Assembly (NCBI GenBank): GCA_964276515.1
Contig: OZ193909.1
Location: 2,604,001 to 2,668,000 of the forward strand
Origin: Gordius albopunctatus
Taxonomy: Eukaryota
Direction of reading: 5' to 3'
Length of the DNA: 64,000 nt
In this document: piece after piece, positions 49,601-62,872 of the stretch
Layout of the letters: the number at the start of each line of letters is the position of its first letter
Position numbering within the stretch: the stretch's first letter is position 1
Notes under the pieces: generated by a model
Told to the model about the DNA's origin: nothing
Databases searched by the model: none
What the model saw: only the letters and a program-made list of their open reading frames with translations
Position numbers and translations under genes: made by a program

Positions 49601-52600
49601 AAGGACCTAAAAAGCGTTGGTTTGTTTGTGTTTAGTCGACTAAAATCAAAAACAAAACTACTTTGGCGTCTTTCGTGCTTGGAAGGGGGGTGGGGGTGGG
49701 GGCAATGCAATTGCAAACTATTTATTGGTTGTCAAATCGTATTGCGAAATATTATTGCTTATTATTATAATCGGGCCGCTCCTCTTCACAATCTTGGCTG
49801 AATGATAGATAAACCATATACCACCTACCAACTCCCCCTACTAGAGGAAATCAATAAAAAGTGTCGCTAGTTGTGGGATTTAATGGAAACGACTGACCCG
49901 CAGTGTTTTCACGTCAATCATTCGTAACGTCACGTGTGCGTACGAATCGGGGTCAAGTTCGAAATTAATGAATTCTTTGGGGTGGGTCGGGATTAGATGA
50001 AAGCCTAAAGACACTTGATGAATACTATCTAATTTTGGTAAACAATTAAAGCGCACCAGGGGATGCCAAAGTCCGATAGGGCCAAAGAGGGTTTTAAGCC
50101 GGGTTGGGGCCCGGCCTCTAGAGACGATAAGGTTCTACGCAGTGAATAATTTCGAACGCATCAGCTTTGAAAACAAACAATTTTCACCCTTTAAAGGTTA
50201 AATTATATCACGTCTTAAACATAAACCAGGCCAAAATGATTAAAAAGTGTCCCCAAAAATAAGATTTACAAAGAATAACAAAGCCTTTTTATTAAATACA
50301 TTTTGTTTCGAATAATTTTCGCTCAACATTTTAGGGCAAAGTCAAAAAAAGTATTGGAAAAGTCGAATAGTTATATTTGAGACATGTCAGGAGGGGAGAC
50401 CTGTTTAAAATGATGCCATATGACAAATCAAAACGTTTTCGAGCGACCATCTCAGATTTGGATAATTTTTGTTGAGGCTGTAGGCCTAGAAATATAATAG
50501 AATTTTGTGAAAATTTTAGCCATTTTGGGCAAATACTTTTTAAGATATGAACGTTCAAAAGGCCAAATTCACGCTAGGGTGCGTTTTATTGATTTAACTA
50601 ATTTTTGTCATATATATTTTTGAAATAATGGCGCTATTCTCTCTAATTTTGGTGTATTTTGTTCGTAAAGAATTCTCTGTCGAAATAATTAAGCAAAAAC
50701 CTCAAACTTTTGCGGTTAATTATTTGTGGTCAAATTAGTAAAAAATCATAAAAATCTATTTTGAGGCCATATGAAAATCTCCTTATGACCTATTATCAAA
50801 TTCCAATCGTCAAAAGTTTTGGGTCGGCTTCGAGATGGTCAAAAATTAGAAAAAATTACATTTTCACACATGGTATTTTTAGGTGTGCCATCCTCCCAGC
50901 CATCGTGTAAAGGCAATTTTAGCAACCATTGAAAGCTAAATTTCAAACTTTTTAAATATGGGTAATATTGTTTGTAAACCACAGGGACTGAGACACAATC
51001 ACATACAAAAGGTCTATGCCAGCTAGTTAAAAGTTAGGGGGTGAGGGCATGGGCGTTCCCAGGGGGTGGGGGAGGGAGGGTCCACTCTGGTCTATTTTTC
51101 AAATTTCGACTGAGCCTAGAGGTCCACTTAGAATAAGGGACCAAAAAAGTGTTTAGTTAGGTCTATTGAAACTAAAGCCCAGTTGTCTACTAGTATTGTA
51201 AACAAACATTTACAAATGGGTTAAGTTTATTTTATTGTGAGAGGTAGAGTATTGTTAAAAACTAATAAATCATTTAAGAGAATAATTGAAGTCAACTACA
51301 ATTTTTCATATTAACTGGTATAAGAATTTAGTAGTTACCATATATTGAAAAACTGATTTGCTAAACCGGAGAGCCAATTTTTAACATATAAAAAAACTTA
51401 ATTAAAAATTAATATAAATTAACATGAAGTATAAAAATGTCATTTTAAACATAATTTCATGCTTTATGAATAGGCTGCTTTAATTATGACTAATTAACCA
51501 AATTTGTTTAAGAGTGCTCTAAATGGAAGTTACACTTTTCAAAGAAAGCCTGATGGCTCCAAAATGTCAAGGGGGTAGTAGGATAAAAGAGGTCAATAAA
51601 CAAATTACTTATTCCTCAAAACTTAAAAAATTTTTGCCATTTGTTAATTGTAAAACTTGATGAAATCAGATATTTTAGGTAATTAGAGAGTATTTAATAT
51701 TGTTATTATTCAGGGATGAGATCATATATCATCTACTTATTACTTCATAGATAAAAAAGATAAATCTATTAAGATTTTTGATATATTGAAAATAAAATAA
51801 TCTATTAATGCACACTGAAAAAAAATAAAAAGTTCAATAATTTCCTCAAAATCCACAATGGACATCAAAAAACTGTTTAAAATCTGCAGTTTTTCTATAA
51901 CTTAATTTTGTAAGCATCAATAAAATAAAATTGTATCTATCATCTTCATGTTGTACTTTAAGATAATAAAATATTCCCCCAAAAAGATAATTGGGCATAT
52001 TAGAAGAGCATTTCTTATATTAATTATACATAAATTTATGGTTAAATTTTGGTATACATCTTTTTATAAGTAAACATATATGAGCAGCCATGGAGGGTAG
52101 AAAATAATCATTTTAACATGCCATATCATTCAAAAACTTTTTTCCCATACCCTGGATCAAAGCTGCAGCCATAAGCACACACACATTCTCAATGGCTTTG
52201 AAGCTCATTGCAAATAAATCAATTTCAAAGAGCATACAAGATAAAAGAGAATTATGATAATAAAATCTTAGTGAGAGTATAAATTTGGTTAGATAACGAT
52301 GTTTAAAAACATTGCATTGCAATACAAATATCTGAATGAGAAACTTATGATTATATAGCTTTGGTATAATTTATAGAAATCTATTTTTAAAATTTATTAT
52401 TGAGTTACTTTATCCATGAGAATTTACTGTTGAACTCATTTAGGTAAGAGCATAATGAATTTTGACGGGCATTGGTAAAACACGAACTTTTGCAAAATTT
52501 TGATCGTTTAGGGAAAGGTAAAAATTTTATAATGCTAAATGATCGAAAAAGTTTATCATATAAAATTATAATAGATTTTGACAAAAAACTAAGTTTAAAT

Positions 52601-53169
52601 TTTATCGCTATTTAAAGGAGTATCGTAGCTATAGATGTAAAGTTGCTATTATGCTCCAACTTGGACGGAGCATAATAGCTAGCATATGTGCTTGGACGCA
52701 TAAGCTCTGTCATCCAGAGGGGTAAAATGCTTAAGAGGTTACGTTTTTTTTTCTTAATGTTAATTTTTATTACATTTATTAGTAAACCAAAGAACGACAA
52801 CTATAAAAATCATATGCGAGGTAAACATTCGAAAATTGCGATAGCGTTGAAATGACAAATAATGATTCCGATTTTCTGTTTAACTAAAAAAGTTTCCCTA
52901 TTGTCAAGGGTATATTCTTTCTGAAGGGCTTTGTAAGGGTAGGCTGTAACAGCAAATACAAGCTCAAGCAGTAGGAATATTAGCTTGTTTACAACTTTAA
53001 ATAAAATTAGTTTTGTACGAACAATTGCTGATAGCAAGTTGCTGATCCCTTTTGCTCAACAAATGTGTTAATTAATTATGTGACATATCGCAATTAATCT
53101 GCTCAACAAATTTGTTAATTACTTATGTCTTTTCCAAAATCTTTTCCCAAAAAAAATAAATTCACACCT

Positions 53170-53690
53170 TTAATAAAACTATTACATTGTGACCTGGCTT
53201 AAAAAACCATATTAAAAATGTCAAAAAATTTATTAGCATCTGGGTGAGACAGATTATTCAAAAATTAATATTTAAAAAAATAAATCATATTTTTGGCAAG
53301 TACAAAGGCGTAAATTTTTAAATCATTAAACAGGTTTTAGCCATCTATCCTGAATATTCCGTAAAGCGAAATTTCCCACCTTTTATAAAACTTTGCATTG
53401 TGACCTGGACTAAAAATATTATGAAATATACATTTAGAAATATTAGATCATGTTAAAAATGTCAAAAAAATATTTATACAATAAAACATAATTTCGCCAT
53501 TTATAAAAAATAAATTTTAAAAATAATTTTAGATATATATAATAAAAATCGAAAAAAATTCTCAAAAAAATTATTATCACCTGGGTAGGACAGAAAAATC
53601 AAAAATTTTTAATTTAATAAATTTTTATAAAATTTTTGGCACGTATAAAAAATAAATTTTAATATCATTAAGCATATTTTAGCCATATAT
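53170..53690. repeat. Diverged tandem duplication (two units)
   Basis: Repeated CATTGTGACCTGG, AAAAATGTCAAAAAA, CTGGGT..GACAGA, TTTTAGCCAT in the same order. Confidence 0.55.
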
Positions 53691-55454
53691 ATAGAAAATT
53701 GCAAAAAAAAAATTCGCATTAAAAAATATAAATTCATAACAAATAGCCATTGGCGTAGGGAGAGGGTGGTTTTCCGGTTAGAACCTCTCACATGATTTTA
53801 AATTTATATAATTTTTACATTGTTTATTTATAAAAAAAATATTTGTTGGAATTTTACTTTTAGTATTTTATTATTTTTACGCGAATGTCACTTTAAACTT
53901 TTAGGAAACAAAACATTTTGATCGAAAAAAAATAGTTACAAAAAAATTTATCTTAAAAATTTTTTAACCCCTCCCACCCTTGAGGATATCCTACTTACGT
54001 TATGCCTATTCAAATAGCCATAATTATTGTTGAACAACATAATGTCCCACCCCAAGGGAAAAACTTTGGGCCCCTTAAGCCATTTTTTTTATTTTATCTT
54101 AATTAAGAAACAATATAAAGATTATTATTATTGTTTTTGAATAAAAATTTTAATTATAATATTACAGATAAATATGCTGTATAAGACAATTAAGGGTAAA
54201 AATTGTATAAAATTGTTGACATACTTAATTATTTGGAAATAAACTTTAATTATTTTTAAAAAAAGTTGACATAATTACATAATTAATATTAATTTAAAAC
54301 CCGAGTTTTTATAATTAATGTCGTGGAAGTTTTTTATTTGCATACCATACGCGTCTCCCCTCACCTCTCTCTCTCCTCGCAGAATTAAGATTTTCAGAAA
54401 TTAATTGTAATTTATATAAGTTCTTAGAAGGTTTATTTTGCGATAAATCTCTTTTATCAGAAGTAATTAATCATTATGAATTAAAACTGGAAGAGGCCCA
54501 AATAAAAATGGCAAAAAATTGTGTAATATATTATAATTCTTTATCGTCAAATAAAATAAAATGCAATGATATTTTATCACTCATTAAAATATTACCCTCA
54601 ATAGTGTTTCCAAATTTTATTATTTTGATTAAAAAATTCTTAACTATCTTTCATGTCCCAGCGGCGCGGAATAAGGTAAAAAAAAGTCCGCGGGAACATG
54701 ATTTATTATTTGAAAGGGAATCAGGAATATATTGGGTGAATTGAGGAACGATAGGGGAATATATTGGGATATATTGGGAGACGGCAGGACAGGTGACAAA
54801 AGGTTACAATACTCCACCGCGTAAGCGGAAATATATTTTTATTGTTTTCTCTACATCTCCGTTATTTATTTATTTATGACCGAGAAAATTACAAGAAATT
54901 TACAAGAATGAATAATCTATGTAAAGTTATCGACGCGTATATCAAAATTAATGATGCGTGTTGATAGAAATAACAAACACGTATAAACGCGTGGGAGAGG
55001 AATTCACACACACATAAGTAAAATTAAATGTAAAGGAAAAGACGTGTATGAAAAAACGTGTATACTCCAGCATACCACACCTTTCCCTTTTATTGAGAAG
55101 TCGACGACTTAATGTACTTCCGATAGAGTTCTAAGAGTTTAGTGTTGTTCAGTACAACTTTCTTTACTCTAGGGATCGACGCGGCGTCTATTTAATCATT
55201 TACAATCAAAGTCTGAGCACTTTATACGTACGATTAAAATTATAAATTTCAAACATCTTGCATCTAATACCAGCTCATCCCTTTGCTCACACGACTGATC
55301 TATGTGTAAATCAGCGATAAAAAGGGTACTTCATGGCTAACGGATTTTTTTCCAGGTCTGTGACTCACCAAGCAAAAGCCTCAACAAAATTCTAATCAAT
55401 CTATACTAAATTATCACAAAGGCTGTCATTTTACTTTTAATACCTAGATTGTCA

Positions 55455-55495
55455 ATTGCCATTTTGAAAATTATTATTTCTTGCGCCTGCGCAGA
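55455..55495 (-). promoter_or_regulatory. Candidate promoter: NRF1/EWG-like TGCGCAGGCGCA plus YY1-like CAAAATGGC
   Basis: Motifs at 55482-55493 and ~55458-55466, followed on the minus strand by a possible donor AG|GTATTA. Motif match only. Confidence 0.3.
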
Positions 55496-56867
55496 CGGCC
55501 AAATAACAGTAAAATAAAACGCGTTGGGGGGGGGAGGGAGGGAGGGGTTGAATATTGGTTAATAACACAATTTTCATATAATTAATATATATGTATAATT
55601 CAAGTGTGTTTGTTGATTAAATTTATAATTTGTATATGTGTATAATTTAAGTGTGTTTGTTCGCTAAATTCTATCTTACTGAACATGAAGAATCTATGCC
55701 TTGAGAATTAGTTAAGTATGATTTTGAATAATTGGTATTTCAATTTGAATCATCTATTTCGGTGGGTTTGGGAATTTCATTCATTGATTTTTTCTATTGG
55801 TATTCGGATCACTCTGTTGTTAGTTTGTCGCGTTTTGGTTGGTTGCCCTGTGTTCGGTATAACGTATAATGAAGAATTTTTTTCATTCTTCGTCCCCTTG
55901 TTAATTAGAGGAAGGATCTGTTTTTCGAATAATAATTACCGTAATTGTTGGTAGATCTTTGCTTGTTTGCCGACTTTTCGGATAACTTAGTAATCGTTGG
56001 TGGATCTTTGCTTGTTTGAAGCATTGTCGTTCGGAAAATCTCTACGATCAATCTTTAAAGAGGAATTCTCAGCATTCCTTAGCTTTATTGAGCTTAGAAC
56101 ATGACTATAAAAATGTTATTCCCTCGGATGATATTATAAATTTGTTTGCAGCATTGAGTAAAAGGCGTAAGGAATTACTATTAAAAGACTAATTTTAATA
56201 TTTAATCAAAAATTATATGGGCTTTTAAACTTGTTTTAAACTTTTTAATACTTTCAAAATATATTAAAATATTATTAAATTTACTAAAATTCAATTCTGG
56301 ATTCAATTTAATTGTCCATCTCACATGCTTATTGTTTAACATATCTTGCATTATATTAGAAATTAGTAAATAAATTGCAGGTTAATGATATACTTTTAGA
56401 AGATAATAACAACCCCTTTCAGGAGTGCCCGCAATTAAATTAAAAGAATACTCTAATTAGCGCCATCTATAGGCAATTTTAATTAGAGACTAATTTGAAC
56501 TATGTATATCCCTATCTTTTTTAGTATGTGACTCGAAAATGATAACAGACATATAACGTTTTCGCTCTTATTAGAGCTCATCAGTATGACATAGTTAATT
56601 TTCTAGTCACATAGTAAGCGAGATAGGTATATATAAGGCACAAATTAGATTTAATCCATTCTTATGTTGGCTATGAAATAACCCCCATAATTATGGTAGT
56701 AATAACTATTTTGTTTTATTATATTAGAAATTAGTAAATAAATTGCAGGTTAATGATATACTTTTAGAAGATAATAACAACCCCTTTCAGGAGTGCGAGT
56801 ATTCTTTTAATTTAATTGCGGGCACTCATCCATGTTTTGGATTGGGGGGAGGGGGGCGGGTAAAACA

Positions 56868-58170
56868 TCTTCTTCTTTATCGTGTTGAAAATCCCACAGA
56901 CGTGGGGTACGTTTTCAGCAGCCTCTTCCATCTGAGTCGTGTGAATGCCATCCCAATTTCCATCTGTTTGACGTCCATATCCTTTTCGACCAGTCGTTTC
57001 CAGGTGGCACGTGGTCTGCCCCTTTCTCTTCTTCCAGGCACGTCCATCTCCAGCGTTCGGCGTGTGACATCGTCTTCGTCTCTTCGTAATACATGGCCGT
57101 ACCACCGCAGTCGATTTTCTCTTAAGAAGTCCTTCGTCGCTTGTATACCCATCTTTGTCATCAAGGATTCGTTCGTCATGCGATCCAGCTTGGTGTAGCC
57201 TAAGCTCCATCGCACCATTCTCATTTCCGTGACTTGCAAGAGTTTCTCCTCCGCGCTGGTTACAGCCCATGTTTCGCTCCCGTAAAGCAAGACCGGACGC
57301 ACGATGGTTTTGTACGCCTTGCTTTTCAACCAAATTGGTATCTTTTTGTCACACATGACACCGGAGATGCTGCGCCACTTGAGCCATGCTTTCTTGATCC
57401 GAGAATGGACTTCGGCGGTACATCCTCCCTCTTGATGTAATAGCGAGCCAAGATATGTGAAATTATCAACCTCCGTGTACCTTGGACCTTCAATTTTGTG
57501 CATTTGCGGACTACCGCCCATCGTTTGCATGTAAACCGTTTTCTTCTCGCTGACCTTTAACCCGAATTCCGAGAAACGTTCTGACCATTTTTTCGCCTGA
57601 TGAAAAACCCCTTCTCTTGTTTCATCGCATAGGACAATATCGTCGGCATATAGCATAGTCCAAGGGGCTGGCTTGTGCAAGTCCTTTGTTATTGTATCCA
57701 TAATTAGATTAAACAAGAATGGGCTTAACGCTGATCCTTGATGTAGTCCGATCATTATTCGGAAGGGTTTCGTTACTCCTACGGTAGTCCTAACAGATGC
57801 AACCGCGCCATTATACATTTCCTTGATAAGTCGAACATATCCTTTGGGTATATTTCTGGCTCTAAGGGACCACCATATTAAGTCTCTCGGAACCGTATCG
57901 TAGGCCTTTTCTAAATCGATGAAGACCATGTGTAATTTCTTTCTTATGTCGCCATATTTTTCCATCGTCTGCTTCAACGCAAAGATTGGGTCCATCGTTG
58001 ATTTACCGGCCACAAATCCAAACTGATTGGGCGAGAGACAAACTTCGTCATTGAGCCTTTTCACTAGCACCCTTTCTAGTAGTTTTAGTGAGTGGCAGGT
58101 CAACTTGATACCTCTAAAGTTGCCACATTCCTGCGCGTCTCCTTTACCTTTGTATATGGGTATGATCGTA
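56868..58170 (-). mobile_element. RTE-clade LINE, 5'-truncated, uninterrupted reverse transcriptase ORF (56877-58103)
   Basis: QFGF, FIDLEKAYD, GLHQGSALSP, YADD, YLGS motifs; (AAG)n tail; flanks are two halves of a CATGGGCGTAGC-family MITE. Confidence 0.97.
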
Positions 58171-60040
58171 ATATATTTTTAATTTTTAAGGGTTTTCATA
58201 GGAAAATTTTTTGCCCCCCCCTACCTACGCCCATGGTTTGACCAGCTCAGCCCCCCCCCCCCCAAGGCAAAAAGGCTAGCTACGCCACTGCTTTAAAGGT
58301 ATTTTTTTATTATAGTTGATTTTTAAGGAGTTCTAACCGCACCATGTATGATGGATGCGTGTAAAAAAATGTATATGGCAAACAATAGCATAAGGTGGTA
58401 AATGGTTGAAGAATAGGTGCACCAAAAATTCACGCATTACTGCTGGAAGACTCATGGATTAAATATATTATGGTGTTATTAAAGAGTGAAAAATGCTTTT
58501 GATACCAACAGTTCGGCAGGCATAGAGGCCTCCTTGATGCACAAAAACATAAAGCCACTGATTGAGTCACATCAGATAGTAAACGATGCCAAGTTTTAAT
58601 ATGTATTTCATATTTTATAAATGGTAAGTAAATAACTATATAAAAAAATATTTTCATTCAGTAAGAGTTACTGATATTTTACCGAACAAGCTAAAGTTAC
58701 TATTATATCGAATTTTTAAAAATAGAAAGATTATTATTAAAGACCCTTAAATCACAAAAAATAACAATACACAATTAAATTTAATAATTTTTTATTAGGA
58801 TCAACTATATTAAAGCAGAAATCTCGCTTGTAAAATCTTGTCTCGAGGTCGTTGGTCGCGATCTGGGCTCAATTACTCAAGTACTCGTCTGTTCTTAGAG
58901 GCAAGATTACACCGAGATTTTTGTAGGATTTTTAACATCCCTAATCAAAAAGTGCCCTTTTTTCATAATAATATTTTGAAACTTCGGATTTTTATGGCAT
59001 CGTTTATTAGTAAGAAAACAGAAATTGTCTATCAATTTATTAATACAAATGGCTCTATTGGATGTATATATGCATCAGAATTAGTCGCGGATTATAAAAT
59101 CATCTGATTTTGCATATTTAGTTGATAAACTCTTGCGCTTTGCTTTTGACCCCCTAGACTACAATGGCCAGGTTGAATTAAATCCATGTTGGTTTTATTT
59201 GGAGTCTGTGAGGCCAGTGCAGTGTATGACGTCATAAACAAAAAATATCTTCCGATTGAGTGCCTTTTACACGCACATTTTAATATTTACAAACCTATTA
59301 TATTCCATGTGAATACAAAAGAACTTATTATCTTAGATCTTAACCTATTCTTGGTTAAAATCCTCAATCTAATCCAAACTATAAATCTAAATCTAGCCCT
59401 ACTTTCAGACTAAGAGTCAAGACTAAGAAGCTTATGGGGTGGCCCGTCAACTTGCCGAAAACAATCTCGCTGAATTCTCCTGGGACATTTTGTGATTGGT
59501 TGAATGGGGGATGATTTTAAATTAGGGGGCCTTTTTTAACCGGGGGACATTAAATTCATCGAGATGGTTTTCGGCGAGTTGATGGGGTAACGCTTATGGG
59601 CACATTAGTGTTGTAAAAAATCAAGGGTTTCTATTGGTCGCCTGCAAGCGTTGGCGTCTTTTTTCACCCAACCCTATCAGTGTTAGGTGAATTTTCTTGG
59701 GAGGGCTTTGGCGTTTTCGTAAAAAACACCCAAAGCGTTTTGGGTGAATTTTTATGGGCCACCCTTGGCGTTTAGGTTTGGGTGTATTAAACACCTAAAG
59801 GGTTTGGGTGGATAATATATTTAACCTTTTGGTTTGGTTTTGGTCGTTTTGGGTTGGGCATGCAAATATATCAATTTGTTTGTATTGTTATCATATATGC
59901 TGTATTTAGATTTAGTTAATGAACTTTTAATTTAAGAAAATAAAAATAGATGTATCATGACGTCACTGATTGGAAACTTTTCCCATTGTGACGTCATAGT
60001 GAAAAGTATTATAATCTAATCTCTAATAAATTATAGTTAA

Positions 60041-61517
60041 CTAGCTGTGCCCGGGCAAGCGTTGCTTTGGCTTAGTACTTATTTGGCTAAATAATTGGTA
60101 CCTATCAATAGAAAATATATGAAAGAATTTGGGTCAGCTGAAAGAGAGTTTGTGATGTGAAAAAATATTTTTTTTATTATGCAAATTAATATTAGCTTAA
60201 TAAAAAAGCCATATTTATTATTAATCAAATAGATTTATAACAGTTTTAAATTGTTTAGCGATAACATGCATAGTTGAGTGACATATGCAAAAGTCAATGA
60301 TAATGTTTGACAATGATGATAATGTTTGACAATTCAGAGATAAATTTTAGTAATGCGTGTATAGTTAGTTTTGTATCGTCATAGCCTAAAATCTACAGTA
60401 ATAAAATGAAGAGATAGTAGAAAAACACCTTAAAATTTGGTTTAATGAAGTCTTTTACAATCTATCAAACCCCTGATCAAAAGTGTTGGAATGGCCCCCT
60501 GTCCGAGTGCCTCTTAAAGTCTCTTATTAATGGCGCTTCGGCAGAGGAACTTCCAGCGCTTAGGAGCTTAGATCCACGCTCAGGTCACGAATGACCCGAA
60601 GCTTTCCCAAGTCGTAACCTCGGTCTACTATTATCGAACAACGATATCCGAGGCCTAAGGTTATGACAAAATAGTTGCTGAAAAAATTTCTTAACTTTGC
60701 AATAATTCCCTAAAATCGAATGGCCATCATGGTCTACACTGTAATAGCAACAAAGCCCGGTATCTTTGACATACCGCGGTTAACAAACTTATAATATCCC
60801 CTCTATTCTTGAACTCACAGGCCTCTGTGAAGATAGCAAACAACCCGTTGGCCAATCTATAGGCGCTTGGGAAAAAGGACTCATTTTAGCATGGGACTAT
60901 AGATGTACTGACGTATTCGCCCCATCTTATCACAACAAATATCCCCTGTACACTGGAAATTTTCAATTACTCTGAAATTAACAATACTATAATTTTTGGT
61001 TCCATTGCGACAACCACCCTAACAACCTTTGGCCTCCAAGCCTCACAAATTAAGAAAATAGGGAAATTAGTAATATAAAAAAACTTCGTAAAATAGCAAA
61101 AAATCACGAAACGTGGAAACGTTTGTTAAAGCGCGCGTTATATTTATTTAAGTATATGGTGATGTATTACGGTATATAGAATATTTATTGGTTACAGATT
61201 TATATATTGTAAAAAAACGGGGGTAGTTGAGTAAAAAATTGAGACACAAATGACAAAGCAATCATGGAAAAAAGTTTAAGGGAAAAAGTAGCACCATAAC
61301 GATAAATAAGTACAAACAACTCATAATAAATAATCCGCTAGATGGCGCCAACCAAATTAAAAAACATGGTTCCCGCTGTCGTAGTGTGATAAAAAGTGTT
61401 TACAAACCATCTACAATGCTAATGCAATAATTTGTCCAAATTTGGTGGCAATCGGTTGAGAACTCTAAAAGTTATTAGCGTACAAAAAAACGGGACTTAG
61501 ATTTTTATATATATAGA
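60041..61517 (-). mobile_element. Non-autonomous Helitron
   Basis: Minus strand A|TCTATATATAT...GCAACGCTTGCCCGGGCACAGCTAG|T: 5' TC, 3' hairpin + CTAG, inserted between A and T, no TSD. Confidence 0.75.
60470..61075 (+). mobile_element. Degenerate CRE-like RLE retrotransposon fragment inside the Helitron
   Basis: Frameshifted SGHE..EAFPSRNLGLLL, GHHGLHC, IPSILE, AWDYRCTDVFAPSY; collinear with 38023-38640. Confidence 0.7.
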
Positions 61518-61567
61518 TTATTATTATTATGCATTATGTTTTATTTATGAAAAAAATTTTGTGAAGA

Positions 61568-61765
61568 TTTGCCCCCCCCCCCCTTATTTTTTACCCTCTT
61601 TTTGATGCGGGGGAAAGGGGGGGGGCATGGTGGGTGTTTTGCCTCCCCCCCTATTTTTTACCATCTTTCTGATGCGGGGGAAAGGGGGGCCATGGTGGGT
61701 GTTTCCCCCCCCCCCCTAATTTTTTACCCTCTTTCTGATGCGGGGAGGGGGAAATGGGGGTAGGT
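61568..61765. repeat. G/C-run-rich ~60-70-bp tandem repeat (3 units)
   Basis: (C)n...TTTTTTACCCTCTTTCTGATGCGGGG...(G)nCATGGTGGGTG repeated. Confidence 0.75.
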
Positions 61766-61872
61766 AATTTGACCCCCGCCCCTTTTTTATCATTTTAAAT
61801 GACAATAAATAGAAAACGATTATAAAGTGAGATTTATCTGGCCATTCGAGAGCAGATCTTGAATTCAATTAA

Positions 61873-62478
61873 CCCTCGAGAGCACTCCTGAAAATCCCGA
61901 ACGCGAGAGCATTCGTGGGGTATATTTGACTCCATTTTTTAACTTCTTATAACTTTTAAAGTATTTTTTTTAAACCTTTCAAATTTTAAACATGTGTTTA
62001 TAAAGGTCTTAAGATTGATGGTATAAATTTTGATATGAATCGAATCAACATTACAAAACTTATTAACGATTTTCATGACCCCCATTTTTATTTTGGCTAT
62101 TTTAGAGTTTTACATCTTGACATCATATACCTTAAAATAAATCAAAATAAACGTGATTTTTTATTAAAAGAATGTCCAAAATATATTAAAAACACAAATT
62201 GTAAAAGATATCCTCAAACGAAAAAAAATACATACATTTTTTCCAATAGAAAAAAACTTAAGTGAGAGCATTCCTGGCGTCCACAGGACCCCTGTGGCCA
62301 AAAATATGCTATATTTTAAAAAGTAGTGGGCCAAAAGTTATGAAATTTTCCTAAAACTTAGTTCTTGGTAAAATATTAGGCTACTGAAAAGGCCAGATCA
62401 ATTCGCTTTTAAATGCATTTTATATTTAAGTTTATAACTATCGTGGGGTCCCACGGACCCCACGAATGCTCTTGAGGG
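61873..62478. mobile_element. piggyBac-type MITE, second copy
   Basis: TTAA|CCCTCGAGAGCA...TGCTCTTGAGGG|CTAA; internal similarity to 27956-28533. Confidence 0.85.
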
Positions 62479-62872
62479 CTAAAAATTAATATTTTTTAAA
62501 ATTCTTTATTCTAAATTAATGACAGCTAACAGATCCTCCTCTAAATATTCCCGGCATTTTTTTAAAAATAATCAATAGCAATTTTATTCAGAAAATTTAA
62601 TTTGAAATATGTTTTGAATTCCTCGCCTCTTGTAAAAGATAAAGACTTATTTATTTTATATTTGTAGCATTTTAAATTAATTTTATTAATTAAAATTATA
62701 TTATTAAACTCTATTTTCAATATCAGAGAACAACATCCCGCGCGACTCAGACATATCACCACCCCCATGTACATACACATATTTGGAATCGCTAACAATA
62801 TAACATCTGATAAAGTAACCAATTGTTTTGTTTTTCGAAATTTAGCAGCTGATTGCTGTCATTTCACTAAAA

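Larger units (their letters stand above)
18474..59870. repeat. Dispersed palindromic MITE family TAGTGTTGTAAAAAC...GTTTTTACAACACTA (~100-200 bp, at least 14 full or partial copies)
   Basis: Copies near 18474, 24922, 29237, 29995, 31006, 31167, 35246, 40255, 41262, 42513, 43240, 45786, 49119, 49612, 51087, 59607; shared core GGTCGACCTTTGGTTT / AAACCAAAGGTCGACC. Confidence 0.8.

Noticed and set aside
51240..53040. Short ORFs (52113-52322, 52612-52800, 52810-53037) as a gene
   Set aside because: No recognisable motifs or consistent splice phase.
59958..59996. Two TGACGTCA palindromes with a CCAAT box as the ACO2 promoter
   Set aside because: ~2.9 kb from the ATG, next to repeats; motif match alone is insufficient.
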